A DNA stretch of 64,000 nucleotides from Opitutia bacterium (GCA_947478395.1 CANJVR010000002.1:320001-384000), one strand, 5' to 3'. Shown: positions 40,655-56,231, counted from the first letter of the stretch. The notes: a model not told the origin generated them from the letters alone. A program made the numbers and translations.

Positions 40655-41932
40655 ATGCCCGTTTCCGAATCTCTCTTCGATCGCGCTCTCAAACTCATTC
40701 CCGGCGGAGTCAATTCCCCGGTCCGTGCTTTTCGCTCCGTCGGCGGCACGCCGTTTTACGTCAAGTCGGCGCAAGGCGCTACGCTCACGACGGCCGACGA
40801 TCGCGAGTTGATTGATTTCGTCTGCACGTGGGGCCCCGCCATTCACGGGCACAACCACCCGCGCATCAAAGCCGCGATCGCCGCGGCGCTCGAGCGAGGC
40901 ACGTCGTTTGGCACGCCCAATCCGTTCGAGGTCGAAATGGCTGAGTTGATTACGCGCCTCGTGCCGTCGATTCAAAAAGTCCGCATGACCAGCAGCGGGA
41001 CCGAAGCCACGATGTCCGCCATCCGGCTGGCCCGGGGTTTCACGAAGCGCGACAAGATCGTCAAGTTTGCCGGCTGTTATCACGGGCACTCCGATTCACT
41101 CTTGATCAAAGCCGGCTCGGGCGCGCTCACGCACGGTTATCCCGACAGTGCGGGTATTCCGGCGTCGTTTGCGCGCGAAACGGTTGTTCTTCCGTTCAAC
41201 AATGCGGCTGCCCTCGCCGCGGCCTTCGCCGCCAACCCCGGTCAGATCGCGGCGGTCATTCTTGAGCCGCACATCGGCAACGTCGGTTTGATTCTCGCGG
41301 AGCCGGGTTACCTCGCGGCGGTACGTCGGCTTTGCACCGAAAATGGCGCGGTGCTTATTTTCGACGAAGTCATGACTGGCTTCCGGCTCGCGATTGGCGG
41401 CGCGCAACAGCTCGAGGCGATCGTGCCCGACCTGACCTGTCTCGGTAAAATCATCGGCGGCGGTCTGCCTGTCGGTGCGTTCGGTGGACGGGCCGAGATC
41501 ATGGATCTGCTCGCGCCGCTGGGCCCTGTTTATCAGGCCGGCACGTTGAGCGGTAATCCCCTCGCCCTCGCCGCCGGCATCGCGAGCCTGCGTCTGCTCG
41601 AAGAATTGAATCCCTACGCGCGGCTCGACGCGCTGGGCCGGCAGGTGCGGGATGCCGTGCTCGCCGCGGCTCGCGCCAAGGGGATTCCGGTGCAGGTGCC
41701 GCAGCTGGGCTCGATGTTCTCCGTGTTTTTCACGGCGGTGCCGGTGCGGGACTGCGATTCCGCACTCACGTCCGACGCCAAACTCTTCGCCAATTATTTT
41801 TATGGCTGCTTGAAGCGCGGCGTGTACCTGCCCCCGAGCGCATACGAGGCCTATTTTATCAGCACCGCGCATGAAGGACCGGCGATCGATCGTGCCTGCG
41901 AAGTCATGACTGAGGCCATTCAAGCCATCTGA
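40655..41932 (+). CDS. hemL: Glutamate-1-semialdehyde 2,1-aminomutase
   Basis: [42 protein letters not shown]. Confidence 0.97.
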   Translation: MPVSESLFDRALKLIPGGVNSPVRAFRSVGGTPFYVKSAQGATLTTADDRELIDFVCTWGPAIHGHNHPRIKAAIAAALERGTSFGTPNPFEVEMAELITRLVPSIQKVRMTSSGTEATMSAIRLARGFTKRDKIVKFAGCYHGHSDSLLIKAGSGALTHGYPDSAGIPASFARETVVLPFNNAAALAAAFAANPGQIAAVILEPHIGNVGLILAEPGYLAAVRRLCTENGAVLIFDEVMTGFRLAIGGAQQLEAIVPDLTCLGKIIGGGLPVGAFGGRAEIMDLLAPLGPVYQAGTLSGNPLALAAGIASLRLLEELNPYARLDALGRQVRDAVLAAARAKGIPVQVPQLGSMFSVFFTAVPVRDCDSALTSDAKLFANYFYGCLKRGVYLPPSAYEAYFISTAHEGPAIDRACEVMTEAIQAI

Positions 41933-41972
41933 GTTTCGCGCCGACCAACCTCGGGCCCGTTTTGTCCGCCTT

Positions 41973-43784
41973 ATGAATTTTTTTTCGCTCTTCGTTCTCG
42001 CAATCGTCGGGTCGGTGAGCGGCGCGGTGGTTCGCGCCGAGGTTTCGACCGCGGGGGTACACACCATCGGACTCGAGTCGCTCCACGCCGGACAGCACGG
42101 CCAGGTGTGGACCGTTTTTCGCGGGACCGAAGCAGAGCCCTTCGACGTTGAAGTCACGGGTGTCGTCCAAAATGCGCTCGGCCCGGGAAAATCACTCATC
42201 CTCTGTCAGCTCACCGATCCTCGGGTTCAAAACATGGGCGCTGTGGCCGGCATGAGTGGCAGCCCGCTCTACATCGAGGGAAAGCTTGCCGGGGCCTTGA
42301 GCTACCAGATTCAGCGCTTTGAAACCGTGCGTTACGCCGGCTTCACCCCGGCGGCCGACCTGGCCGAAGTGCGCGACCGAGCCGACGCCGTACCCGGCGT
42401 ATTGCCGTCGCTGCCGACGATTCCCATTTCGTCGAAGTCAACGTCTGCGCTCGATTCTTTCTCCCCTCTCCGGCCGGCCTTCACCGTCAGCGGTCTTTCC
42501 CCACGGGTCGCCGATTTGTTCAGTCCTGCCTTCACCGCCCTCGGTCTTGAGGTCTCTGCGCTCGGCGGCAGCCTCAGCTCCGCCGGCGACTCGCCTTTAA
42601 GTCCGACAACTGAAACCGCCGATTCGTCTTCAGGTGTTCCCGTGACGTTGCGCGCCGGCTCGGCCGTCTCGGTCGCGCTCACCACCGGTGACATCACGCT
42701 CGCCGGTACTGGTACGGTTTCGCGCGTCGACGGCAATCGCATCACGGCGTTCGGCCATCCGATGCTTTCACTCGGCGACGTGGAGCTGCCCATGTGCTCT
42801 GCGGAAATCGTGACGATTCTTCCTTCAACTCTTCAGTCCTCGAAAATCGCCAACACCGGGCGCGTGATCGGTACCATCACGCAGGACCGGCTGTCGGCTG
42901 TTTCCGGTACCCTCGGTGCGGGCCCGGCGATGATTAAGGTGGAAGTCAACGTTGCCGCCGGCGGCAATTCGTCCCGTCCGGCTCGCACCCTCCACTTCAA
43001 TGTCGTCCGCCAGGCCGGACTCACACCCACGCTCATCGCGACCGGGATTACCCAGGCCATCGTCGGCTCGAACGACGCCGGCCTCACCAACGGGTTCCGC
43101 CTCACCAGTATCATCACTTACTCGCCCGCCCAGACACTCACCTCGCGCAATCTTTTCGCCGGTCCTCAGGCGTTTGCCCAGGGTCTGCAGGAATTCGTCC
43201 GCGGTCTTTCGCAGGATTTGCAGAATCCCTATGAAAAAACATTTCCCGAGCGGGTGACGTTTAGCGTTGAACCGCTGGCGGAAAATCCGGCCGTGACCTT
43301 TGATCTTTTCCAACTCTCCCGTACCAGCGCCCGCGCCGGCGACACGGTGCTCGCGACGATTGGCTGGCGCGACTATCAGGGCGCCGCTCATCGTGAGACG
43401 ATTCCCGTGCCGGTCGATTCGTCGTGGGCCGGGAAAAGCCTCGATGTCATTCTCGCTTCGGGCCGGGCGATTGACGAACTCACCGGGCACCCATCGATGA
43501 TCGCGACCGCCCAGTTGCGCAGTTTCAACGCCTACCTGGCAGCCGTCCGCGACAACCGGCCCAACGACGGCCTCGTCCTCGCGGTGTTGGAAAAATCCGC
43601 CCTCTTTAGCGATCAAACCATCGGTACACCCGAGACGCCCGGCTCGATCGAGCGCATCGCCCGGACCGCCGATGAAACCCGCTTCAAAAAGACCGACGGT
43701 CTCGTGTCGCTCTGGGAGCAACATCTGCTGGCCGACAAACTGGCCGGCGTACTTCTGCGGCGCCCGCTCCGTGTCACGGATTGA
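41973..43784 (+). CDS. Secreted SpoIVB-like peptidase S55 domain protein
   Basis: Signal peptide; TVFRGTE, AGMSGSPLYIEGKLAGA, AFGHP. Confidence 0.85.
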   Translation: MNFFSLFVLAIVGSVSGAVVRAEVSTAGVHTIGLESLHAGQHGQVWTVFRGTEAEPFDVEVTGVVQNALGPGKSLILCQLTDPRVQNMGAVAGMSGSPLYIEGKLAGALSYQIQRFETVRYAGFTPAADLAEVRDRADAVPGVLPSLPTIPISSKSTSALDSFSPLRPAFTVSGLSPRVADLFSPAFTALGLEVSALGGSLSSAGDSPLSPTTETADSSSGVPVTLRAGSAVSVALTTGDITLAGTGTVSRVDGNRITAFGHPMLSLGDVELPMCSAEIVTILPSTLQSSKIANTGRVIGTITQDRLSAVSGTLGAGPAMIKVEVNVAAGGNSSRPARTLHFNVVRQAGLTPTLIATGITQAIVGSNDAGLTNGFRLTSIITYSPAQTLTSRNLFAGPQAFAQGLQEFVRGLSQDLQNPYEKTFPERVTFSVEPLAENPAVTFDLFQLSRTSARAGDTVLATIGWRDYQGAAHRETIPVPVDSSWAGKSLDVILASGRAIDELTGHPSMIATAQLRSFNAYLAAVRDNRPNDGLVLAVLEKSALFSDQTIGTPETPGSIERIARTADETRFKKTDGLVSLWEQHLLADKLAGVLLRRPLRVTD

Positions 43785-43877
43785 TCGATCGGCCTTCTGC
43801 CCGCGCGTTTGCTCGGTCGCCAGCGAGCGCCTCGCCTGGTAATCGGCGCCTCTCCTTTCACCTTTTTATTCCACCAC

Positions 43878-46373
43878 ATGCTCCGTCCATTTTTTCGCCG
43901 TCTCGCTGCTTCCGTGGGCCAGTCCAATGATCACCGTGGCCGGAGTGCCCTCGCCCCGCAAAACAGCGCTCACCTCGCGACGTCAGACTGGAGTGGCCCA
44001 TCGACGGCGCTGCGAGCACGGGGCGCCCTGCCCACGACGCTTTTGCTGGGGTGGGCGTTGGTCCTCGCGGGATGCCTTTCCACTGCAATCGCCGATCCCC
44101 TTTCGAAGAAAATCGACCTCGATTTCTTTCGTGAAATTCCCAGTCGCAATCTCCGCGGACTCGCCACGCGTTCAGACGGTCGGATGGTCGCCGGCCCGGT
44201 CCTCTCAGAACTCACCGGTTCTCTGCCCGCCGATCTGCTCTGGTGTCTTACCCCATCGTCGGAAAATCAGTGGCTTATCGGCACGGGCCCCGACGGCCGG
44301 ATTTTTGAGGCGACGCTCGATGCGGCCAAAAATAGTTTCACCGCGCGCGAAGTTGCCAAACTCGACGACCCGCAGGTGTTCGCCCTGCGGCGTTTGAGCG
44401 ACGGCTCCATCCTCGCCGGCACGTCACCCCGCGGTGGACTCGTGCTCATCCGGGAAGGAAAAGTCGTTGCGCGAGTTTCCCTACCCGTCGATTCCATTTT
44501 CGATTTGCTCGTTCTGTCCAACCCGGAGCCCGAAACCCCCAACGCGAAACTTCCGGCAACGCTCGCGCCCGTTTTGATCGCGACCGGAAATCCCGGGCGC
44601 ATCTATCAAGTTTCGCCAACGGTGTTCGCCGCCGCGGGCATCGCCGCCGACAAAGTCACCGATCCGAAAATTCTCGCAGAAAAAGGCATCACGCTTTTCG
44701 GCGAAATCCGCGACCGCAACGTCCGCCGGCTCGCACGCGTCGGCGATGCAATCGTCGCCGGCTCCTCGCCGCGCGGAAATATTTACCGGTTTTCGCCACG
44801 CGCGAAAAATTCCCCCGCAGCCGGCCCCGTCGCCCCGGTCATCCTCCAGGAAAATCGCGACGCGGAAGTCACCGATATTCTACCTCAGCCCAACGGCGAT
44901 TTTTATGCCGCCGTCGTTTTCACCACGGTCGGAGGCGATGCCCGCATCAACACCGGGCCCAAGCCCAAGGACGGCGCCAAGGATGCGCCCGATCCGTCCG
45001 CCGTTGCATTGTTCTCCGCGCTCGCCGTCCAGGACCGATTCACCGGTCGCAGTGCGTTGCTTTATTTTCCGGCCGGAGGGTTTCCGGAAACGCTCACGGC
45101 GCGCAACAACGTCGCGTTCTATCAAATCGTGCGGCACGGCGACACCCTCGTCGCCGCCGGCGGCGAGCAAGGCGAACTCGCCGGATATGATCTCGGCTCG
45201 CGTTTTGCGCTCACCTTCGCCGGGAGCACGTCGGCGCAGATTAACGCCCTCGCCGCGGTCGCCGGTACGCCGGGCCGCTTTCTCGCCCTGCGCAATAACC
45301 CAGCCGGCCTCGCGTCGCTCGATTTCGCCTCCACCGGCGAACGCTCGGCCGAGTCGCGTCGTTTCGACCTTTCGACTCCGGCCACCTTTGGCGCGCTTCG
45401 CTTCACCCGACTGCGCAATCTTTCCGCCGATCAAATTACCGTCGAAATCAAAACCAGTTTTGGCACGGATGAAGTGGAAGGTTGGACCGCATGGACCGCC
45501 CTGGCCCCCGGCGATCCCGGGGACCCGTCGTGGCGCGGCTCCGATCTCCGCGGCCGTTACGCCAAGCTCAGATTGAAAATTCTCGCGTCCGCCGCGGCCA
45601 ACGCTCCGGTCGAACTCGACAAGGCTGAGCTCTATTTTCTTCCGCAGAACCGGCGTCCGCTGCTGCAGGAATTCCGGCTGCTTGCGCCCAACGTCGCCGT
45701 CGTGCCGGCGTCTGAGCCGACGCCGTCGGTATCCACGTCGCTCAGTCAAATTCTGGCGAATAGCGGCGTGGAGGACAGCAGCAGTAAACGCACGAGGTCG
45801 AATTTTATGAGCAGCCAAGTCGTGCCCTCGCCCGGCACGCAGGCTGCACTGTGGACGCTAACCGATCCCGATGGCGACAATCTCGCGGCGACGTTTTCTA
45901 TCCGCCGGGAAAATGAAACGACTTGGACGGATCTGGTCGTGGGTACGCGCGATCCCTACGTCCAATTTGAAACGGCGCGCTGGCCCGATGGGGTTTATTT
46001 CACCCGGCTCGTGGCCACCGAACTCGCGCCGCGGGCTGCGGCCGACCGACTCAGCGTCACGTTCGAGACCGACAACCTCATCATCGATCACACGCCGCCG
46101 GTCATCCTCGCGGCTACGGCGGCGCCGAGCGCACAGCGGATGGTCATTAATGTGCACGGTCGTGATGCGCTTTCGCTGCTCGATAGCATCGAGGTCGTTT
46201 TCAACAATGGCTACCGCGAGACCCTCGAACACCCCGTCGATGGCATTCGCGATGGCCGCGAGGAGAGTTTCAACCTCGAGGTTCCGATCGGCAAAGTCAC
46301 GGGTGCCACGGCCGCGGAAGTGACACTTTACGATTCCATCGGGAACGCCACGACCCGCCGAGTTACCTGGTAG
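43878..46373 (+). CDS. Large secreted beta-propeller-like protein with C-terminal Ig/Fn3-like domains (start uncertain)
   Basis: Repeated (I/A)GT.P.G.(I/L) blades; C-terminal DPDGD, DG.Y..RL.A, IDHTPP; follows the S55 gene. Confidence 0.65.
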   Translation: MLRPFFRRLAASVGQSNDHRGRSALAPQNSAHLATSDWSGPSTALRARGALPTTLLLGWALVLAGCLSTAIADPLSKKIDLDFFREIPSRNLRGLATRSDGRMVAGPVLSELTGSLPADLLWCLTPSSENQWLIGTGPDGRIFEATLDAAKNSFTAREVAKLDDPQVFALRRLSDGSILAGTSPRGGLVLIREGKVVARVSLPVDSIFDLLVLSNPEPETPNAKLPATLAPVLIATGNPGRIYQVSPTVFAAAGIAADKVTDPKILAEKGITLFGEIRDRNVRRLARVGDAIVAGSSPRGNIYRFSPRAKNSPAAGPVAPVILQENRDAEVTDILPQPNGDFYAAVVFTTVGGDARINTGPKPKDGAKDAPDPSAVALFSALAVQDRFTGRSALLYFPAGGFPETLTARNNVAFYQIVRHGDTLVAAGGEQGELAGYDLGSRFALTFAGSTSAQINALAAVAGTPGRFLALRNNPAGLASLDFASTGERSAESRRFDLSTPATFGALRFTRLRNLSADQITVEIKTSFGTDEVEGWTAWTALAPGDPGDPSWRGSDLRGRYAKLRLKILASAAANAPVELDKAELYFLPQNRRPLLQEFRLLAPNVAVVPASEPTPSVSTSLSQILANSGVEDSSSKRTRSNFMSSQVVPSPGTQAALWTLTDPDGDNLAATFSIRRENETTWTDLVVGTRDPYVQFETARWPDGVYFTRLVATELAPRAAADRLSVTFETDNLIIDHTPPVILAATAAPSAQRMVINVHGRDALSLLDSIEVVFNNGYRETLEHPVDGIRDGREESFNLEVPIGKVTGATAAEVTLYDSIGNATTRRVTW

Positions 46374-46573
46374 GGATCACCCCTGGGACGAGCCTGTTTC
46401 GAATTTTGGGTTTGGCGGTTGAACCGGCGATTCTCGCCCACTTGGCGGCGCGATTTTCGGCTGGGAGGATATCCATGGTTCCGACCTATCGCGCTACGAT
46501 GGTTTCGATGGGATCGACCGCGCCTTAGTTACGGGGCTTCGATGAAAATGCGCCTACGCTCTAACCTCCGCCC

Positions 46574-47494
46574 TCATTTCGCCGGCAGCCAGCCGTTGAA
46601 GCGCATCCACGATTCGCAGTGCTTCGGCCACTCGGCCGTCGGCCCGAGCGATGCCGCCATGCCCGAGCCGTGCGGCCCCTTCGGATAAAGGTGCATTTCG
46701 ATTGGCGCCTTCGCGCGGCGCATGCCTTGGAAAAAGAGCAGGCTGTTCTCGACCTTGGCCGTGGTGTCTTCCGTGGAATGGATGAGAAATGTCGGCGGCG
46801 TATCCTTCGTCACCTGCTCGTCTACCGAGAGATGATGTTTCAATTCCTCCGACGGATTGGACCCGAGGAGATTCTTGCGTGACTCACCGTGCGCGACGGG
46901 ATCCATCATCGTGATCACCGGAAAAATCAGGACCATGAAATCCGGCCGTCCGCTGACCGCGTCCAGCGGGGCGCCGGTGCGGCCCTCCGGGGCGTCAAAC
47001 AAGGTGCCCGCCGACGCGGTTAAATGCGCGCCCGCCGAACCGCCGAGCATGCCGATGCGGTCGGGTTTGATTCCCCATTCGGCCGCCCGGGAACGCACGG
47101 TGCGCACGGCGCGCAACGCATCGCGCAATGGGGCCGGATGCCCGTATTCGACGTTCCGGTACTTTAGCACAAAAACTGTGATCCCGAGCGAATTCAGCCA
47201 TTGCGTGACTTCGCCGCCATTTACGCCGACGGCGACCCGCAGGTAACCGCCGCCCGCCGCGTAGATGACGGCCGTGCCGTTGGCCTTGCCCGCGGGTGGC
47301 GCGTACACGAGGAGAGCGGGATGACTGATATGAAGATAGCGGCCGTTCTCCTCCACCTCAGCCGGCACATCTGTTTTCAAACCGGGAACGCCTTCGGGCC
47401 AAAGATTGATCACGGGCGGCCCTTCGGCGGCGCGAAGTGATACGGCAGCTAAGCTGGAAAACACGATCAGCGAAAACAGGCGGCGGGGATTCAT
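46574..47494 (-). CDS. Secreted alpha/beta hydrolase (acetylxylan esterase-like)
   Basis: GGGY, FVLKYR, GGSAGAHL, RPDF, TPPTFLIH, HG.G. Confidence 0.9.
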   Translation of the reverse strand: MNPRRLFSLIVFSSLAAVSLRAAEGPPVINLWPEGVPGLKTDVPAEVEENGRYLHISHPALLVYAPPAGKANGTAVIYAAGGGYLRVAVGVNGGEVTQWLNSLGITVFVLKYRNVEYGHPAPLRDALRAVRTVRSRAAEWGIKPDRIGMLGGSAGAHLTASAGTLFDAPEGRTGAPLDAVSGRPDFMVLIFPVITMMDPVAHGESRKNLLGSNPSEELKHHLSVDEQVTKDTPPTFLIHSTEDTTAKVENSLLFFQGMRRAKAPIEMHLYPKGPHGSGMAASLGPTAEWPKHCESWMRFNGWLPAK

Positions 47495-47662
47495 TGAAGA
47501 TGGGCGGGGATTTCTGAACGACACCTTTGTTGTCGGAGGACCACGATCGAGTCAGGCGCGTAAATAATAATTCAGCATCGGACAGTGCCGGCTCGGGGTG
47601 GTCGGGCCAGGGCGCAAGCGCGCTGACTCAGGGTGGCGGATGATGCGGATCGGCGGGTGCGT

Positions 47663-48187
47663 TTATTCTTCCGCTGCACCCGGCGCGGCATTCATCAAGG
47701 CGAGGCCGACGGCCACCCGACGACGCAGGTAGTAAATCGCCATGCTGCCTTGGTAGAGCACGGTTAGTCCTCCCACCATTTGAAAGCTCAGCCGGTAAAC
47801 GAAGTGCAGGTATTCGTCGGTGCTCCAGCCCAGCTGTGCCGCGGTCGTTTCGACCAGCGTCGCCACGTTCGGCGGAATCGGTGGGATCACCACATTTGCC
47901 AGGCGAAATGCACAGTAGCCAAGCATCGCCGCCATCATAAAAAACTGGCTGCCAATCACCCAGTTCATTCCTTCCGCATAGCCAGCCTTTAACAGCGTGA
48001 CGCCGTGCAACTCGATCGCGCCGGTCCCGGCCACGAGCAAACCGATGATCGCACCGCGATAGTCGCCGGCGGCGGCCGCGAGCAGGCCAAAAAAACCCGC
48101 GATCGTCAGCACGCTCATGCCGTCGAATCGCGCGAGACGCAGTACGCGCTGCAGAATCACCTCGGGCAGGAGCGGCGGCATTGACAT
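47663..48187 (-). CDS. Hypothetical membrane protein
   Basis: About four hydrophobic segments; host-like codon usage. Confidence 0.7.
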   Translation of the reverse strand: MSMPPLLPEVILQRVLRLARFDGMSVLTIAGFFGLLAAAAGDYRGAIIGLLVAGTGAIELHGVTLLKAGYAEGMNWVIGSQFFMMAAMLGYCAFRLANVVIPPIPPNVATLVETTAAQLGWSTDEYLHFVYRLSFQMVGGLTVLYQGSMAIYYLRRRVAVGLALMNAAPGAAEE

Positions 48188-48235
48188 GGAAGAGTTGTCA
48201 TTCCCGCAGTGCTCCTGAATCTCAAGCCTCTTTCC

Positions 48236-52570
<4,335 letters not shown>

Positions 52571-52878
52571 GCACGCGTGGACGTTATCCACCGCTGGTGA
52601 AAGTAGTCCTGACTCGTTTGCCGCCGAAACGTTTTGGCGTCGGAGCGTCATGGACTCCGAAATGTTGTCCGCGCGATGAGCAAACTCTGACGGCGTAAAG
52701 CGAGCGACCCTTTCGGTTCTTTCGTTCCGGCATGCGGGTCGCTGTCCGGCCCCATTTCAACGTCGCTCTCGTCCATGGGCTAAGTGCGTTAGCCCGGGTG
52801 ATTTTGCGGACCGTCGCGCTAGAAATCGCGTGACAGCCGGGGGATTTTCTTTTCTTAGCTCACCGCTACCAATCTCCC

Positions 52879-53484
52879 ATGAGCGATCATTTCGACGAAT
52901 TAAAGGGCCTCGTTGCGACTCTTGAAGCGGACCGTAAAACGCAGAAAGAAAAAGAAAAACGCGACGCGTGGACCAAGTATGTCTCGCTGTCGATGATCTG
53001 TCTCGCGGTGCTGGCCGCCATCGGCACGCAGCGCGGCGCGGGTTATTCATCGGCAACGATGAAGCAACTCAACGAGGCGACCTTCAATCAGGCCGAAGCG
53101 TCCGACCAGTGGGCTTTCTATCAAGCGAAGGGCATCAAACAGAGCATCTACGAACAGGAACGCGACCGCCTCGACACAGTTGGCAATCCCGATCCGAAAG
53201 TGCTCGCGTCGGTCACCGGCCGCATCGATCGCTACGAAAACGAGAAAAAGCAGATTTCCGCCGACGCCAAAAAACTTGAGGCGAAGCGCGACGAGGCCCG
53301 GAGTGCGGCAACACTCGCCGCCGATCTCGCTCGAGAAATGGGTCTCGCTACCACGGTTTTCCAAATCGCGATCGCCCTCGGCGGTGTGTGCCTGGTCGTT
53401 AAAAAGCGCTGGTTGTGGTACGTCTCGATGGGCACCGGCACGCTCGCGGCCGCCCAGATGTTTAAAGTTCTGCTGCTTAAATAG
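52879..53484 (+). CDS. DUF4337-like membrane protein
   Basis: TM, ASDQWAFYQAKGIK, coiled coil, two C-terminal TMs. Confidence 0.8.
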   Translation: MSDHFDELKGLVATLEADRKTQKEKEKRDAWTKYVSLSMICLAVLAAIGTQRGAGYSSATMKQLNEATFNQAEASDQWAFYQAKGIKQSIYEQERDRLDTVGNPDPKVLASVTGRIDRYENEKKQISADAKKLEAKRDEARSAATLAADLAREMGLATTVFQIAIALGGVCLVVKKRWLWYVSMGTGTLAAAQMFKVLLLK

Positions 53485-53772
53485 AGATCACCCCTCGCTC
53501 GCCGGCGGCTCCTCCGTTTGCGACCGCGTAAGGGCGATGCTCGCCACGAAACGTCGCCGGCATTGGCCGGTAGTCAGCCACGGTTGTTTGGGTGGAGTTA
53601 TCGCGATCGGCGATATTCAGCGCTGGATGGACCAAGGATCGTTTTTGAATTAAGCGAATGGTTTCGCACCGATCCGTTGGCGTAAGCGAACGTCGTGCGA
53701 CCTCGCACCCCGAACGATCCGACCGCTTGCGCGTCGCGCGTCGGTAATTATCGGCCCACATTCTTTCGCACT

Positions 53773-54858
53773 ATGACCCCATTGTTTCGCCATTTCCTGA
53801 TCGGCCTTGCTTTTGTCTCCGCTGTTGGCCGCGCCGAATGGCAGATTTCCACCGTTGCCGGCACTGGTGTGGCCGGATTTACCGGCGACGGCGGCCCCGC
53901 GAATAAAGCGCAAGTCGATATGCCGTTCGGCGTCGTGCGCGGGCCGGACGGCGCGATCTGGTTCTGTGAGTATAACGGGCAACGCATCCGCCGGATTGCG
54001 GCCGACGGGACCATAAGCACGATCGCCGGCACGGGCAAAAAGGGTTACTCGGGCGACGGCGGGCCGGCCTCGGAAGCGACCTTCAATTTGCCGCACGAGA
54101 TCCGTTTCGATGCCGCCGGAAATCTTTTTGTTGCCGATATGTCCAACCACGTGATCCGCCGGATCGACGCGAAGACGCACCTGATCACGACGGTCGCCGG
54201 CACGGGCAAACGCGGCTATTCGGGCGACGGGGGTCCGGCGCGTGAAGCCATGTTCAATCAACCGCACAGCATTCAATTTGGACCCGGCGGATTGCTCTAC
54301 ATCTGCGATGTCGGGAACAACGTAATTCGTCGGGTGGATCTCGCCACCGGCATCGTCAGCCTCTTTTCCGGTACGGGGAAACCCGGCGTCACCCCGGATC
54401 AGGCACCCATTGCAGGCACGCCGCTGCGGGCCCCTCGCTCGCTCGATTTTGATCAAGCCGGCAATCTCTGGCTCGCGACGCGCGAGGGAAATCAGGTGTT
54501 CAAATTCGATCTCAAAGCCGGCATCATTCACCACGTCGCCGGCACCGGTGAGTCGGGCTTCACCGGCAATGGCGGTCCGGCGAAACTTGCGAAACTGAGC
54601 GGACCCAAGGGCATCGCGGTCGACGCGGCCGGCAACGTTTGGTTCGCCGACACCGAGAGCCACACTATCAGGCGTGTGAACGCGACGACGGGTAACATCG
54701 AGCTGATCGCCGGCACCGGTGATAAAGGCAACGGCCCCGACGGCGATGCACTCAAATGCGCGCTTAACCGCCCGCACGGAGTTTTTGTCGACGCCGACGG
54801 CTCAGTCTTCGTCGGTGACAGCGAAGCGCATGGCGTGCGCTTGTTGCGCGAGCGTTGA
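53773..54858 (+). CDS. Secreted NHL-repeat protein
   Basis: Repeated ISTVAGTG..G.TGDGGPA units. Confidence 0.9.
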   Translation: MTPLFRHFLIGLAFVSAVGRAEWQISTVAGTGVAGFTGDGGPANKAQVDMPFGVVRGPDGAIWFCEYNGQRIRRIAADGTISTIAGTGKKGYSGDGGPASEATFNLPHEIRFDAAGNLFVADMSNHVIRRIDAKTHLITTVAGTGKRGYSGDGGPAREAMFNQPHSIQFGPGGLLYICDVGNNVIRRVDLATGIVSLFSGTGKPGVTPDQAPIAGTPLRAPRSLDFDQAGNLWLATREGNQVFKFDLKAGIIHHVAGTGESGFTGNGGPAKLAKLSGPKGIAVDAAGNVWFADTESHTIRRVNATTGNIELIAGTGDKGNGPDGDALKCALNRPHGVFVDADGSVFVGDSEAHGVRLLRER

Positions 54859-54884
54859 ACCGCGCCGCGGATTGACGGCGCCCT

Positions 54885-55712
54885 TTAGCGCGCCCGTAGG
54901 TTTTCCATTCTCGCCGCGCGGACGTATGCGCGCGCCGCCCACACGAGCTGGAAACGTCCGTGACGTTGGACCAACCGCAGGCGCGCGCCAAACGTCGCAG
55001 CGAGCCGGCGGCTCGTGAGGATTTTTGCCCGCGGACCCGCCGCTACGACGGCGCCATCCCGCAACAGCAGGGCGTGGGAAAAGCACGGCAGAATCTCCTC
55101 CACGTGGTGGGTGACCATTACAAGCGCGGGCGAGCCCGGCAGTCCGGCCAATCGGCCCAAAAACTCGAGGAAATCCTCGCGCGCCACCGGATCGAGTCCC
55201 GCGCAGGGCTCATCCAGGATGAGCAGCCGCGGTTTTGCCATGAGCGCGCGAGCGATGAGGACGCGCTGACGTTCCCCTTGGGAAAGAAACTGCCATTCGC
55301 GATCGGCGAGCTGCGGTACCCCAAGCGAGCGGAGAAGTTTCCGCGCGGCGGCCACATCGCGGCGCGTAGGGGTGAGCCACAGATCGAGTTGCGCATACCG
55401 GCCGCTGATCACGGTCTCGATCGCCCGCTCGGCCGCGGGCACGCTGGCCTGCAATGCGCTGGTCACGATGCCTATTTTGAGCCGGAGATCGCGCCAGTCC
55501 GCTTCGCCATAACGCTCACCGAGCAAGGAAATCTCGCCGCTGCTGGCCGATAGGTAGCCGAGCAATACCTTCAGCAGCGTCGTCTTGCCGCAGCCGTTAG
55601 GCCCGAGCACGGCCCAGTGTTCGCCACGAAGAACGCGCCAGTTCACTCCGCGCAAAATAGTGCTAGACCCGCGTTGCACCCGCAGATCGGTAACTTCGAG
55701 AATCGGCGACAT
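54885..55712 (-). CDS. ABC transporter ATP-binding protein (ModF/YlmA-like)
   Basis: GPNGCGKTT, LSQGE, LDEP, VTHHVEE. Confidence 0.9.
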   Translation of the reverse strand: MSPILEVTDLRVQRGSSTILRGVNWRVLRGEHWAVLGPNGCGKTTLLKVLLGYLSASSGEISLLGERYGEADWRDLRLKIGIVTSALQASVPAAERAIETVISGRYAQLDLWLTPTRRDVAAARKLLRSLGVPQLADREWQFLSQGERQRVLIARALMAKPRLLILDEPCAGLDPVAREDFLEFLGRLAGLPGSPALVMVTHHVEEILPCFSHALLLRDGAVVAAGPRAKILTSRRLAATFGARLRLVQRHGRFQLVWAARAYVRAARMENLRAR

Positions 55713-55865
55713 CGTCCCAGTTTGCGGCGCCGGAGTTGCCCCGGTCAACCGCGCTTCCCCAGCGCTCAAAGTGCACGGCATTATCCGGACGCGCGAAAAA
55801 ATCCGCTTTGCGTTTGGACGGGCTCCGCCAAGTTACGAGCAGAGTTTCCGTATATTAATTCACCG

Positions 55866-56231
55866 ATGTCCCTCACGATTTATACCTACGCCAATTGCGA
55901 TACCTGCCGCCGGGCGATCAAGTGGCTTCAGGCCCACGCGATCACATTTTCCGAGAAACCGATTCGTGAAATTCCTCCGAGTTCGGCCGAGCTGCGCACG
56001 ATGCTGGCCGCCCGCGGCGGTGAACTGCGAAAATTGTTTAACACATCGGGCCGGGATTACCGCGCACTCAGCCTCGGCGAGAAATTGCCTGCGATGACCA
56101 CGGCGGCCGCCCTTTCCCTCCTGACGGGAAACGGCAATTTGGTGAAGCGCCCGTTTTTAATCGGATCGAATGGCGTCGCAGAAGTTGGCTTTGACGAGAC
56201 GGCGTGGTCCGCCGCACTGTTGGCGAAATGA
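55866..56231 (+). CDS. ArsC/Spx-family protein
   Basis: CDTCRRA, FNTSG..YR, LVKRP. Confidence 0.9.
   Translation: MSLTIYTYANCDTCRRAIKWLQAHAITFSEKPIREIPPSSAELRTMLAARGGELRKLFNTSGRDYRALSLGEKLPAMTTAAALSLLTGNGNLVKRPFLIGSNGVAEVGFDETAWSAALLAK

Noticed and set aside
52594..52602. DnaA-box-like TTATCCACC
   Set aside because: Single imperfect copy with no origin context.
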